Of a DNA stretch of 39,379 nt, positions 1 through 9,474 are shown piece by piece. A program made the position numbers and the translations under genes. The notes below the pieces were generated by a model. The model did no database searches. It saw only the letters and a program-made list of their open reading frames with translations, and was not told where the DNA came from. The DNA is from an uncultured Oscillospiraceae bacterium (lineage in GTDB: Bacteria; Bacillota; Clostridia; Christensenellales; CAG-138), in assembly GCA_964411535.1 (NCBI GenBank), contig CAYPLG010000003.1, forward strand, positions 1 to 39,379. The letters are read 5' to 3'. The number at the start of each line of letters is the position of its first letter. Positions within the stretch are counted from its first letter, which is position 1.

Positions 1-935
1 TCCTCCGCGGCGTTGCGGCGGCAAATGTGAAAAAAGGAAAACACATCATCACATCCGCCATTGAGCACCACGCGATTCTCTATACGCTCGAAGCTATGGA
101 GAAGGAAGGTATTGCGGAGGTAACCGTGCTGCCGGTCGACGAGTACGGACTTGTGACAGCGGAACAGGTAAAAGCAGCCATTCGCCCCGACACCGTGCTG
201 GTGACAATCATGTTTGCCAACAACGAAGTCGGCACCATCGAACCCATTGCGGAAATCGGCGCTGTCTGCCGCGAAAAGGGCGTGCTGTTCCATACGGACG
301 CCGTCCAGGCAGTCGGGCATGTGCCGATCGACGTAAAGGCCATGCAGATCGACCTGCTCAGCATGTCGGCGCACAAGTTCCACGGGCCAAAGGGCGTCGG
401 CGCAATGTACATTAAAAAGGGTGTGCGCGTACCGGCGCTTATCATCGGCGGCGGACAGGAGCGCAAGCACCGCGCGGGCACGGAGAACGTGCCGGGCGCC
501 GTCGGTATGGGCGTGGCTTTAGAGCATGCAGTAGCGCACATGGCGGAGAACAGCGCAAAAATGTCCGCCCTGCGCGACAGAATGATCGCGTCAATCGAGG
601 CGAACATTCCGTACGTCAAGCTGAACGGACATCCGGAAAAGCGCCTGCCAAACAATGTCAATTTCTCCATCCGCTATATCGAAGGCGAAAGCATCCTGCT
701 GATGCTTGACCTAAACGGCATTGCTGCATCGAGCGGTTCCGCGTGCACATCCGGCTCGCTGGATCCTTCGCACGTATTGCTGGCCATGGGGTTGCCGCAT
801 GAAATCGCGCACGGCTCGCTGCGCATGACGCTGTCCGAGTTTACTACGGAGCAGGAAATCGACTACACGCTGGAGGTTTTACCGAGAATCGTACAGCGGC
901 TGCGCGCAATGTCGCCGCTTTATAAAGGAGAGTAA
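1..935 (+). CDS. nifS: cysteine desulfurase, NifS/IscS family (5' end outside window)
   Basis: The frame is open from nt 3 (LRGVAAAN precedes the track's GTG at 27). PLP-lysine motif [10 protein letters not shown], catalytic loop SSGSACTS, C-terminal [12 protein letters not shown]. The NifU scaffold gene follows 4 nt downstream. Confidence 0.9.
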   Translation, partial: LRGVAAANVKKGKHIITSAIEHHAILYTLEAMEKEGIAEVTVLPVDEYGLVTAEQVKAAIRPDTVLVTIMFANNEVGTIEPIAEIGAVCREKGVLFHTDAVQAVGHVPIDVKAMQIDLLSMSAHKFHGPKGVGAMYIKKGVRVPALIIGGGQERKHRAGTENVPGAVGMGVALEHAVAHMAENSAKMSALRDRMIASIEANIPYVKLNGHPEKRLPNNVNFSIRYIEGESILLMLDLNGIAASSGSACTSGSLDPSHVLLAMGLPHEIAHGSLRMTLSEFTTEQEIDYTLEVLPRIVQRLRAMSPLYKGE

Positions 936-939
936 GCGT

Positions 940-1326
940 ATGTATACTCAAAAGGTTATGGACCACTTTCAGAACCCGCGCAACGTCGGCGAAATTGAAA
1001 ACGCCAGCGGCGTCGGTATGGTTGGCAACGCCAAATGCGGCGATATCATGCAGATATTCTTAAAGGTCAACGAGGATACCGAGATTATCGAGGACGTCAA
1101 ATTCAAGACGTTCGGCTGCGGCGCCGCCGTCGCAACCAGCTCCATGGCGACCGAAATGATTAAAGGCAAAACCATCGACGAGGCGCTGACGCTCTCAAAC
1201 GCAGCCGTCGTGGAAGCGCTCGAAGGCCTGCCGCCGCAAAAAATCCATTGCTCCGTACTGGCCGAGGAGGCCGTTAAGGCGGCGGTAGAGGATTATCGGA
1301 AGAATCATCCAAAAAAGAACGCATAG
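940..1326 (+). CDS. nifU: Fe-S cluster assembly scaffold, NifU/IscU N-terminal type
   Basis: 128 aa with three conserved ligand Cys contexts (GNAKCGD, FGCGAA, IHCSVL), immediately downstream of nifS. Confidence 0.9.
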   Translation: MYTQKVMDHFQNPRNVGEIENASGVGMVGNAKCGDIMQIFLKVNEDTEIIEDVKFKTFGCGAAVATSSMATEMIKGKTIDEALTLSNAAVVEALEGLPPQKIHCSVLAEEAVKAAVEDYRKNHPKKNA

Positions 1327-1439
1327 CATTACCGCCGGCCTTTCGCCTTCCAGCGATTGGCGAATACCAGAGCGGCATAAGCCTACGCATATATGTGAAT
1401 ACTACATCTGTGGTAAACGCGAAATGCGAGGTGAGGACA

Positions 1440-1610
1440 ATGAAGACGCTCTCTCTGGGATTCGGCATGGTCGCGGGCGCGGCAATCGCTTTAACGTTCG
1501 TAACGTCCATGTATCCCGATGTGCCAAAACGTATGGCGCGCGACGGGCGCAGGTTCGTTCGCACGACAAGGCGCACGTTCTGCGACGTTGGATCCATGTT
1601 AGCAAAATGA
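1440..1610 (+). CDS. hypothetical small membrane protein (56 aa)
   Basis: ATG at 1440 is preceded by GGTGAGGA. One hydrophobic helix (LSLGFGMVAGAAIALTFV) is followed by a basic tail. The track's GTG-1395 start has no RBS. No family recognised. Confidence 0.45.
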   Translation: MKTLSLGFGMVAGAAIALTFVTSMYPDVPKRMARDGRRFVRTTRRTFCDVGSMLAK

Positions 1611-1614
1611 GCGC

Positions 1615-1649
1615 AAAAGCAGCCCGGAAAACCGGGCTGCTTTTGTTTC
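1615..1649. terminator. bidirectional rho-independent terminator
   Basis: AAAAGCAGCCCGG-AAAA-CCGGGCTGCTTTT: a perfect 13-bp stem flanked by an A-run and a T-run, between convergent genes. Confidence 0.85.
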
Positions 1650-1669
1650 ATCCGTTATGCAAAAACGAC

Positions 1670-2860
1670 TTATCCCTGGTACCGAAGCGCCTCTATCGGT
1701 GGAAGCTTCGCCGCCTTGTTCGCCGGATACAGGCCAAAAATCAACCCGATTGCCGTAGAGAAACCGACGGCAAGCAACGCTACCGGCATCGTAATGGAAA
1801 ACGACAACGAGCCGCTTGTCATGTTCAGCGCCGCGACCTTCTCCACCACCGCCAGCAGGCCCGCCGACAGCAGAAGCCCGATCATACAGCCTAAGAGGCT
1901 AATCGACAGCGCCTCAATCAAGAACTGTAGCATAATACTGCCACGCCCCGCTCCAATCGCCTTCCGAATGCCGATCTCCACCGTACGCTCCGTTACGGAA
2001 ACGAGCATGATATTCATGATGCCAATGCCGCCGACAAGCAGCGATATCGCCGCAATGCCGCCAAGCAAAAGCTGCATCGTGCCCGTTACGCTTCCAAGCG
2101 CTTCCATCGTTTCCGACGCGTTGACCACCACGTACTCGTCGTCATCAAAACGCGCAGAAAGCCAGCTTGTAAGCGCCTCCTTGGTTGCAGCGCTGTTCTC
2201 CGGATCGGTCGCCGACGCATAGAACGTATCCACGCCGGTCGTGCCGCTCATGCGCGTTTTAACCGAAAAGGGAATATACATATCGTATTCGTACGCAAAG
2301 CCATTGAGCATGGAATTCTCCGTAAGCACGCCCACGACTTTAAAGTTTCTTCCACCGGCTCGAAAGTCCATGCCCAGTACGTCCGTGCGTCCAAACAGCT
2401 TTTCTGCGGTATGGTGCGAGAGCACCGCAACATACGTTCCGTTCTCAACATCCGTCGTTTTGAGAAACCGGCCGCTTTCCAATTCGTAGCCGCGGATATC
2501 GGCGAAAGCCGCGTTTGTGCCGTAGAGCGTCGCCTGAACTTTTGTATTGCGATGCTGCGCGGTCATCATCGCGCTGGACAGCGGTGCAACGCGCCCAACA
2601 GTCGGATCCTCACCGATTTCATGAAGATCGTTCATATCAACCTTCTTGCCCGCGCTGCCGTCGCCGAATACATATACCGTCAGCATATCTGTGCCGAGCG
2701 ACTCAATCTCCTTCGTCACGCTACTGGTCGCGCCGTCTACCAGCGATACCATGACCACGAGAGCGGTTACGCCGATAATTATTCCCAGCATGGTTAAAAA
2801 CGATCGAAGTTTATTGGACACGATCGCCTGCCATGCCATTTTGAACGATTGCCAGATCAT
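1670..2860 (-). CDS. ABC transporter permease, MacB/FtsX family
   Basis: 396 aa. N-terminal TM helix, large extracytoplasmic MacB-like domain, C-terminal FtsX bundle ([27 protein letters not shown]). 4-nt overlap with the upstream ATPase gene. Confidence 0.85.
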   Translation of the reverse strand: MIWQSFKMAWQAIVSNKLRSFLTMLGIIIGVTALVVMVSLVDGATSSVTKEIESLGTDMLTVYVFGDGSAGKKVDMNDLHEIGEDPTVGRVAPLSSAMMTAQHRNTKVQATLYGTNAAFADIRGYELESGRFLKTTDVENGTYVAVLSHHTAEKLFGRTDVLGMDFRAGGRNFKVVGVLTENSMLNGFAYEYDMYIPFSVKTRMSGTTGVDTFYASATDPENSAATKEALTSWLSARFDDDEYVVVNASETMEALGSVTGTMQLLLGGIAAISLLVGGIGIMNIMLVSVTERTVEIGIRKAIGAGRGSIMLQFLIEALSISLLGCMIGLLLSAGLLAVVEKVAALNMTSGSLSFSITMPVALLAVGFSTAIGLIFGLYPANKAAKLPPIEALRYQG

Positions 2861-3573
2861 GCAGTTATCACCTCGCTTACATGCCCGTCGTTAATTAGAA
2901 TACGGCGGCCCGCGCGCATGGCGATATCATTGTTGTGCGTAATCAGAACGATGGTATTGCCGCTCAAATGCAGCTCATCAAACAGATGCATGATATCCTC
3001 GCCCGTCTTACTGTCCAGATTGCCCGTCGGCTCGTCCGCAAGCAAAAGCGCCGGATGCGTCGCCAGCGCGCGCGCAATGGCGACGCGCTGCTGTTGTCCG
3101 CCGGAAAGCTCATTCGGCCGGTGAAACCGTCTGTCCGCAAGACCAACGCGCGTCAACGCCTCGTCAACGCGTTCCTTGCGCTGCGAATACGGCAAGCGCT
3201 GGTAAATCAGCGGCAGTTCCACATTCTCCTCCGCCGTCATCTTGCCCAGCAGATGAAAGCTCTGAAAAATAAAGCCGATCTTTCTGTTGCGGATTCTGGT
3301 CAATTGCTGTTCCGAATAGTTCTGTATGTCCAGCCCGTCCAGCAGGTACTCGCCGCTGTCGGCAATATCCAAACAGCCGATAATATTCATCAGCGTAGAT
3401 TTGCCGCTGCCGGACGGACCGATGATCGCGACAAATTCGCCCGTATTAACATGCAGGCTGGCACGGTCAAGCGCGTATACCTTCTCGCCGCCGACTGTAT
3501 ATACCTTGGAGATGTCCGTCATGCGGATCATCGGTTGCGTCGTTTCCAATGTTTCCACCTCAACCAACGACAA
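2857..3573 (-). CDS. ABC transporter ATP-binding protein (MacB/LolD-type)
   Basis: Walker [10 protein letters not shown], signature [15 protein letters not shown], Walker [10 protein letters not shown]-loop ITHN. Confidence 0.9.
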   Translation of the reverse strand: MSLVEVETLETTQPMIRMTDISKVYTVGGEKVYALDRASLHVNTGEFVAIIGPSGSGKSTLMNIIGCLDIADSGEYLLDGLDIQNYSEQQLTRIRNRKIGFIFQSFHLLGKMTAEENVELPLIYQRLPYSQRKERVDEALTRVGLADRRFHRPNELSGGQQQRVAIARALATHPALLLADEPTGNLDSKTGEDIMHLFDELHLSGNTIVLITHNNDIAMRAGRRILINDGHVSEVITA

Positions 3574-5113
3574 CCACGTCGCCGTCGCCGCCGTCCTCCG
3601 AGCTTACGCTCACAGCCGCCGTGCCCATCATGCCAAAGTCTATGAGATCCGATACAAGCGTGTACGTAATCACATCGCCTTCCGAAAGGCCGCTCGTAAC
3701 CTCCGCCACCTCACCGTTGCTCCGTCCCGTCGTAATCGGTATGCGCGCAGTCGTTCCGTCCTCCCGCACCACGTTGACGAACGTACCGAGCTCATCCTCG
3801 CTGATTGCCTCCACCGGAATCAAAAGCACATTTTCCGCGCGGTCAATCATGATTGTCGCAGAGCCGTTCATTCCGGATAACAGCCGCGCATCCGGGTCCA
3901 GCGTCAGTTCCACCGGGAAGACGGATATACTGTTGTTCTTCTTTCCCGTTTTCGAAATGCCGGTTACCTTGCCGGATAACGTCTCCTGCGGCAATGCCTC
4001 CAGCGAAATCTCCGCCGTGGCGCCGTCCACTACCTTGAGAATATCCAGCTCATCAACGTCGATATTCATCTTGACCGCGCCGCCCGTAGCAATTGTATAA
4101 GCCGTGCTTTCCTTCTCCGGGTCTGTCGACTTGCCGGTCGGCTCGCCATCCTTGATCGAAACCTCGCCGACCACGCCGTCATATTCCGCCAGAATGCGCG
4201 GATCGGCGGAATACGCGATCAACTTTTCCATTTGCTCGGCATACTTGCTGCGTACGGCATAATGCTGCTCAAACGCAATCGACGGCGCCGAATTCTTGAT
4301 CGCAAAAATTTCTCTCCCATTGGGAACGGATTCGTCTACATGATAACGAATCGTTTTAATCGTACCGCTGTAGCCCAACACGGATACGGGCATGTTGATT
4401 GTCAGAACGCCGCTGCCTATCTCTTTGTCGCCGTCCATAAGCCGCGCAGTCGCCTGGTAGGGTGCGCGCGCATCCGGTACCAATACCAGATAGCCGTCCT
4501 CCGTCTTCCGGCTGATCGTGCCCTCTACGCCGCCGCCATCCCATTTTACGGCCATGCGCTCGCCCAGTGTAAGCGCCTCATCCGTCTGAATGGAAAGGCG
4601 CATCCAACCATCCGTTGAAAGAATTGCCAGCGCGCCGTACTCGCCCATCGCGCTTAACACGTCGTCGCCTTCGGCTACCGGCATGTACTTGATGCGTCCT
4701 GTGGCAGGCGACGTAAGAGAATCAAACTCGCCGCTGGAACGGAGCGAGCCATCCTCACTCTTCAATTTCTTTTGCAGGGCGATCATCTGCGCACGCACGC
4801 TTTCCTCGCTAAGCAATGCCACAGTTTGTCCCTTAGCAACTTCCTCCCCGGCAGTAACCAACACCTGTTCCACAGTAATGCCGTCCGGCACGCGCACAGT
4901 TACCGTTTCATCGGGCGCCAGCGTACCGTTGGCAACGATAACCGTCTCTATATCGCCCCTCGCAACCGTATACGACTGCTGCATAGCTTCCGCGGCCATT
5001 TTCGCCGCATCGGCCATTTTGCGGTTCAATTGTTGCCAGCCGAAAATGGCGGCCACAACCAGCACCACAATTACAACAAGCCAAATCCAGCCGCGTTTTT
5101 TTCTTTTGCTCAT
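3560..5113 (-). CDS. HlyD/MacA-family periplasmic adaptor (membrane-fusion) protein
   Basis: ATG at 5113 is preceded by AAGAGGAG. Signal-anchor helix WIWLVVIVVLVVAAIF, lipoyl-like motif VLVTAGEEVAKGQTVALL, beta-rich C-terminus. 14-nt overlap with the ATPase gene. The track's extension to 5611 is rejected. Confidence 0.8.
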   Translation of the reverse strand: MSKRKKRGWIWLVVIVVLVVAAIFGWQQLNRKMADAAKMAAEAMQQSYTVARGDIETVIVANGTLAPDETVTVRVPDGITVEQVLVTAGEEVAKGQTVALLSEESVRAQMIALQKKLKSEDGSLRSSGEFDSLTSPATGRIKYMPVAEGDDVLSAMGEYGALAILSTDGWMRLSIQTDEALTLGERMAVKWDGGGVEGTISRKTEDGYLVLVPDARAPYQATARLMDGDKEIGSGVLTINMPVSVLGYSGTIKTIRYHVDESVPNGREIFAIKNSAPSIAFEQHYAVRSKYAEQMEKLIAYSADPRILAEYDGVVGEVSIKDGEPTGKSTDPEKESTAYTIATGGAVKMNIDVDELDILKVVDGATAEISLEALPQETLSGKVTGISKTGKKNNSISVFPVELTLDPDARLLSGMNGSATIMIDRAENVLLIPVEAISEDELGTFVNVVREDGTTARIPITTGRSNGEVAEVTSGLSEGDVITYTLVSDLIDFGMMGTAAVSVSSEDGGDGDVVVVG

Positions 5114-5312
5114 AATCCCTGTCTCCTCTTCGCATTCACACAATGAAGCACGCAATCGGCTCCTTACGCATAATCCGGTTTCCACCGACGTATGATGTCT
5201 ATATGTGGCAATATACACCGATTTGTTGCTATTGACAACGTTATGCACAAAAACTTCACGATTTGCCCTGCAATATCCGTTTTCTATGCAAACAAAGTTT
5301 ACGATTTGTTCT

Positions 5313-5341
5313 TTGTTAGCATGCGTATATGGATGTATAAT
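5313..5341 (+). promoter_or_regulatory. candidate sigma-A promoter for the zinc-ribbon gene
   Basis: TTGTTA, 17-nt spacer, TATAAT (perfect -10), about 70 nt upstream of ATG 5414, which has a GGAGGAA RBS. Confidence 0.45.
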
Positions 5342-5413
5342 TATGGCGATATCATGTATGGTCATGGTATATAAAAATGTATAACCGTACTTCAGATTGG
5401 AGGAATTCACCAT

Positions 5414-7849
5414 ATGGTATGCAGAGAATGTGGCGCCTATAATGCAGAGCACCTGACGCACTGTCGGGTCTGCGCCGCAAAGCTTCGGGATACCGACGCA
5501 GCCGCCCAGCCGGCGGACGTACAGGAACCGCAGCAGGAGATGCGCCCGCAGCGCGGTTTCGTCGCCGCGCCAAGCTGGCCAACGCGCGCTTTCTCCGGCG
5601 CAGCGGAGCAACCGGCAGCTTATGCACCACCCGCAGGCACGACGTCATCCGCTCCGGCCCCCGCGCCCCAACAGCCGGCAGCTACAGCCGTGGCGCAGCC
5701 CGCTTCCAGCGCAGCATATGCGCCGCTTGGTTATGCCGCACGCACCGCCGCGCCCGCAAAACCTGCGGCTGTATGCCCGCGTTGCGGCAAACCGGCGTTG
5801 CCGGACGCGCCGTTCTGCCCATACTGCGGCACATCGCTTGCCGCCGCTCCGGCAGAGCCCTTAATTCAGCCAACCTACACGCAGGCTGCTGCGCCCGTTA
5901 CACCCGCGCAAAAACCGGTAAAGCCTGCCGTGCCCGTGAAGCCGGCAAAACGCGCCGCCGATCTCGACGACGACTTTGACGACGATTATGATGACGAAGA
6001 CGACGATTTCGACGACGCTCCCAAAAAGAAGCGTGGCAAAGCGCTGTCGCGCAAAGAAAAAAAGAAAGCAAAGAAATCACGTTTCGAAGATGATTTTGAC
6101 GACGAGGATGAGGACATCCCGGACGACGAAGACTACGACGAGGACGATTACGACGACGACTTCGACGACGAAGACGACGATATGCCGAAACGCCGCGGCA
6201 AGAGCGCATCGTTTCTGCTCTGGGGCCTGATTATCCTGCTCGTCGCGCTTATCGCCGTATTCGGCATTTATGTAGTAAACAAAAACTTTGGCGGAGACGC
6301 AGGTGCGCTGTTCTCCTCCATCTCCTCCGCATTCGGCAAGAACAAAGAACCCGCCGAAGAAGCCCCCGCAGAAGGCGACGCTGCCATTGACGCGCCGGTT
6401 GCAACCGAATCCAATATGTATACCGCAACCGTAACGGAAACCACAAACGAAAGCGGCGTTCCTTCCTATAACATTGCGGTATTTGCGCCTACCGGCAGCA
6501 CGCTGCGCATTATCACCAATGCGGAGCTTGACAGCAACTCCGTAACCGTCCCGGCCAACGACCAGGTCGTGCTGAGCATTGAGCGCGACGTGTTCCTTCC
6601 GAACGCGCCCTGCGACAACGCCGTCGTTACCGTTACGCCGCATATCGAGGTCGATACCCCGACCGGCGAAACAAGGCAGATTACCGTACCGGAAATTACG
6701 CTTACGGTACCGGAGTTGACATTAAACCTGGATGCGCCAAGCACGGAAACCGTGCAGCAGACATTTAACAACGATTCCATCATGATCTCCGGCACCGTGG
6801 AGGATCACACGGTAGAGGTGTACGTCAACGGCCAACAGCTGACCGTGTATGACGGCGGCATGTTCACCACCTCCTATACGCCGCTGCGTCCTGTATCGAC
6901 AAGCGCGCCCGCAGCTGCAACGGCTGCTACGGCTGCAACCGATACAACCGCCGCTGCCGGAACGGCCGATGCGGCTGCCGATACAGCCGCCGCTGACGAC
7001 ACAGCCGCTGCTACCGATGCGGACACAGCCGCTACTGCCGACGCGGCCGATACAACTGCCACTGATGCCGCATCCACTGCGGCCGATACGGCCCCTGCTG
7101 CCGCTACTGCCGCAGCAACCGGCTCCGCCAACTATCAGACGGATGATCAGGGACGCGAGATTATCGTGATCGAAGCGCGCAAAAACAACTATGTCACCGC
7201 GCGCAAGGTGATCACCATTGAGCCGTTCGTTATGCAGAATATCTCGCTTGTGGTAAACAATGCCGCTGCGTCCAACCCCACCGAGGATCAGCTGTACAAC
7301 GCCGAAGGCGCAATTACGCTCACCGGTTCCATTACCCCCGGCTCCACGCTGCGTGCCAGCATATCCGACGACGCGGACGTGACGATCGGCGAGCCCACGA
7401 TTGATGGCGGTGCATTTACGCTTGCTGTCAAGCTCAACAGCGTCGGCGTACATAAGATCGACCTGACCGCAACGCAGGAGGGATATTACGAAACGAGCAC
7501 GACCGTAACCGTGCAGCGTCCGCCCTCGGATGCGCATTCGAAGTACCTGAAAGCCTGTAAAAAGCTTGTCGATAGTTATGCGGATATTATTGCGGGAACA
7601 ACAATATCCGGCGACTTCCAGGCCACGGGCCGCATTACGGAGATCGTCAGTTCCTCGCCCTACACCGTATACAAGCTCGCCATTGATGATGAGCATACTG
7701 TCGTATGCGTGCACCGCAGCGCGAAATCGACCATCAACAGCGGCGACCTCAAGGAAAAGAAGCAGGTTATGGGTTCTCTCGTTGGCACGTACAGCGACGG
7801 CACAACCGAGTATCCGTACCTCTATGTGTGGTACAGCCTGAATAAATGA
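5414..7849 (+). CDS. double zinc-ribbon, single-pass membrane protein with large extracytoplasmic domain
   Basis: CxxC...CxxC at the N-terminus (CRECG...CRVC) and a second ribbon CPRCG...CPYCG. Pro/Ala-rich linker, acidic/basic charge blocks, TM helix FLLWGLIILLVALIAVFGIYVV, then about 540 aa of beta-rich extracellular sequence with an Ala/Thr/Asp linker. Confidence 0.75.
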   Translation: MVCRECGAYNAEHLTHCRVCAAKLRDTDAAAQPADVQEPQQEMRPQRGFVAAPSWPTRAFSGAAEQPAAYAPPAGTTSSAPAPAPQQPAATAVAQPASSAAYAPLGYAARTAAPAKPAAVCPRCGKPALPDAPFCPYCGTSLAAAPAEPLIQPTYTQAAAPVTPAQKPVKPAVPVKPAKRAADLDDDFDDDYDDEDDDFDDAPKKKRGKALSRKEKKKAKKSRFEDDFDDEDEDIPDDEDYDEDDYDDDFDDEDDDMPKRRGKSASFLLWGLIILLVALIAVFGIYVVNKNFGGDAGALFSSISSAFGKNKEPAEEAPAEGDAAIDAPVATESNMYTATVTETTNESGVPSYNIAVFAPTGSTLRIITNAELDSNSVTVPANDQVVLSIERDVFLPNAPCDNAVVTVTPHIEVDTPTGETRQITVPEITLTVPELTLNLDAPSTETVQQTFNNDSIMISGTVEDHTVEVYVNGQQLTVYDGGMFTTSYTPLRPVSTSAPAAATAATAATDTTAAAGTADAAADTAAADDTAAATDADTAATADAADTTATDAASTAADTAPAAATAAATGSANYQTDDQGREIIVIEARKNNYVTARKVITIEPFVMQNISLVVNNAAASNPTEDQLYNAEGAITLTGSITPGSTLRASISDDADVTIGEPTIDGGAFTLAVKLNSVGVHKIDLTATQEGYYETSTTVTVQRPPSDAHSKYLKACKKLVDSYADIIAGTTISGDFQATGRITEIVSSSPYTVYKLAIDDEHTVVCVHRSAKSTINSGDLKEKKQVMGSLVGTYSDGTTEYPYLYVWYSLNK
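6895..7130 (+). repeat. coding low-complexity Ala/Thr/Asp repeat tract
   Basis: Imperfect GCC-GMT-RCN-GCC-GCT type reiterations encode APAAATAATAATDTTAAAGTADAAADTAAADDTAAATDADTAATADAADTTATDAAST... Confidence 0.8.
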
Positions 7850-8151
7850 AAATCTGGGCAAAGGTAATACAACATCACAAGATTCAACAGGATGCCGTGC
7901 AGGAGTTCACTTCTGCACGGCCTTCTGATGCGGACGGCTGGATGCCTGTCATCACAGAGCTATGTAAACCCCTCGACGTTGCCGTACCGGTTCTTTTACC
8001 AAAGCACGTCAATGAGCTGCGACAGTTTTCCCGCACGGTTTTTAAGCCGCAGGATTTTATGGAAAGCGTATCTTTCGACAGCTTTGAAATTGAGATCTTC
8101 CCCGAAAAGAAGAAGGAGTCGCGTGTGACCTATTCATTTGACAATATCTAA
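7846..8151 (+). CDS. hypothetical protein (101 aa), translationally coupled to the zinc-ribbon gene
   Basis: ATGA start/stop overlap at 7846-7849. Balanced, non-repetitive composition; a terminator follows. No family recognised. Confidence 0.6.
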   Translation: MKIWAKVIQHHKIQQDAVQEFTSARPSDADGWMPVITELCKPLDVAVPVLLPKHVNELRQFSRTVFKPQDFMESVSFDSFEIEIFPEKKKESRVTYSFDNI

Positions 8152-8182
8152 CGCCATCCATAATTAGCAAACCAGTGCTTAT

Positions 8183-8212
8183 GGCTTGCGCATTCCGGCG
8201 CAAGCCTTTATA
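8183..8212 (+). terminator. rho-independent terminator
   Basis: GGCTTGCGC-ATTCCG-GCGCAAGCC followed by TTTAT. Confidence 0.65.
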
Positions 8213-8248
8213 ATAAATACAGTATTTTAAGAGAAGGAATTATTGAAT

Positions 8249-9367
8249 ATGCAGCCATCAAAAGTATTTTTTACCGATATGCATACCAACAGTGAGATTA
8301 GCCTGCTGGAGAAATTGCAAAAGCTCCTGCAGGCATCGAACATGGATCGTATCGATTTTACGGATCAGTTTGTCGCCATCAAAATCCATTTTGGCGAAGC
8401 GGGCAACCTTGCTTTCCTTCGCCCGAACTACGCAAAAACGGTTGTAGACTTTATCAAGGAGCGCGGCGGCAAACCGTTCTTGACCGATTGCAACACGCTT
8501 TATCCGGGCAGCCGCAAGAATGCGCTTGAGCACCTGGAAACCGCCGCCATGAACGGATATACGCCGCAAACCGTCGGCTGTCAGTTGTTGATTGCGGACG
8601 GACTTCGCGGTCTTGATGAGGCTATCGTACCGCTCACCGGCACAAAGCATATTAAAGAAGCCAAGATCGGCCGCGCAATTATGGACGCCGACGTCATCAT
8701 TTCGCTGAATCATTTTAAGGGGCACGAGGCCACCGGCTTCGGCGGCGCGTTAAAGAACCTCGGCATGGGCAGCGGCTCCCGCGCGGGTAAGATGGAACAG
8801 CACAACAGCGGCAAGCCTGACGTAGATACGTCCTTATGCCGCGGTTGCCGCCGCTGCGCGAAGCATTGCGCGCAGGACGCCATCACATACGGTTCGGACA
8901 ACAAAGCCTCCATTGACCATAACAAGTGCGTCGGTTGCGGCCGCTGCATCGGTGCGTGCAACTTTGACGCTATTGAGAACACAAACAGCAACAGCTTTTC
9001 CGACCTTTGCGAGAAGATGGCCGAGTACACGCTTGCCGTTGTGAAAGATCGGCCCAGTTTCCATATCAATATTGTAAGTCAGGTATCGCCCTATTGCGAT
9101 TGCTACGCATGCAACGACGTACCGATCATCCCCGACATCGGCATGTTCGCTTCCTTCGATCCCGTGGCGCTCGACCAGGCCTGCGCCGATGCATGCAACA
9201 ACGCGCCGGTCATGTCCGGCAGTTATCTGGATGAGCAAATGCATGCCGGCCAAGATCATCACGATCATTTCACCAATACGTTCCCGGAGACCGACTGGCA
9301 TACAACGCTGACGCACGCCGAAGCGCTTGGCATTGGCACAACACAGTACGAATTGGTCAAAATCTGA
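8249..9367 (+). CDS. DUF362 domain protein with embedded 2x[4Fe-4S] ferredoxin domain
   Basis: N-terminal KVFFTDM...IKIHFGE...TDCNTLY core typical of DUF362. Two CxxCxxCxxxC motifs (CRGCRRCAKHC, CVGCGRCIGAC). ATG 8249 lies about 10 nt after GAAGGA; the track's TTG 8243 is an alternative start. Confidence 0.8.
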   Translation: MQPSKVFFTDMHTNSEISLLEKLQKLLQASNMDRIDFTDQFVAIKIHFGEAGNLAFLRPNYAKTVVDFIKERGGKPFLTDCNTLYPGSRKNALEHLETAAMNGYTPQTVGCQLLIADGLRGLDEAIVPLTGTKHIKEAKIGRAIMDADVIISLNHFKGHEATGFGGALKNLGMGSGSRAGKMEQHNSGKPDVDTSLCRGCRRCAKHCAQDAITYGSDNKASIDHNKCVGCGRCIGACNFDAIENTNSNSFSDLCEKMAEYTLAVVKDRPSFHINIVSQVSPYCDCYACNDVPIIPDIGMFASFDPVALDQACADACNNAPVMSGSYLDEQMHAGQDHHDHFTNTFPETDWHTTLTHAEALGIGTTQYELVKI

Positions 9368-9392
9368 TCGAATCGCCTTTGATACATGCAGC

Positions 9393-9428
9393 ACAAAGCG
9401 TCCCTGTGGGTTGACAGGGACGCTTTGT
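9393..9428. terminator. stem-loop terminator between convergent genes
   Basis: ACAAAGCGTCCCTG-loop-CAGGGACGCTTTGT, a 14-bp stem followed by TTAT. Confidence 0.7.
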
Positions 9429-9474
9429 TATATCCGGTATATTCCGCCGTTTTCACACTGCTTGTCTACGGTCC

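Noticed and set aside
1424-1894. 156-aa plus-strand ORF spanning the 1615-1649 terminator
   Set aside because: It crosses a strong bidirectional terminator and enters the permease gene antisense. It is Arg-rich.
5114-5611. N-terminal 166-codon extension of the HlyD-family ORF as given in the track
   Set aside because: The extension runs through the divergent promoter region and into the zinc-ribbon gene on the other strand. The internal ATG at 5113 has an AAGAGGAG RBS and starts with a normal signal-anchor.
6722-7861. 379-aa ORF on the minus strand, antisense to the zinc-ribbon gene
   Set aside because: Arg/Gly/Cys-rich shadow ORF, typical of high-GC coding DNA read antisense. It has no RBS and lies entirely within a well-supported plus-strand CDS.
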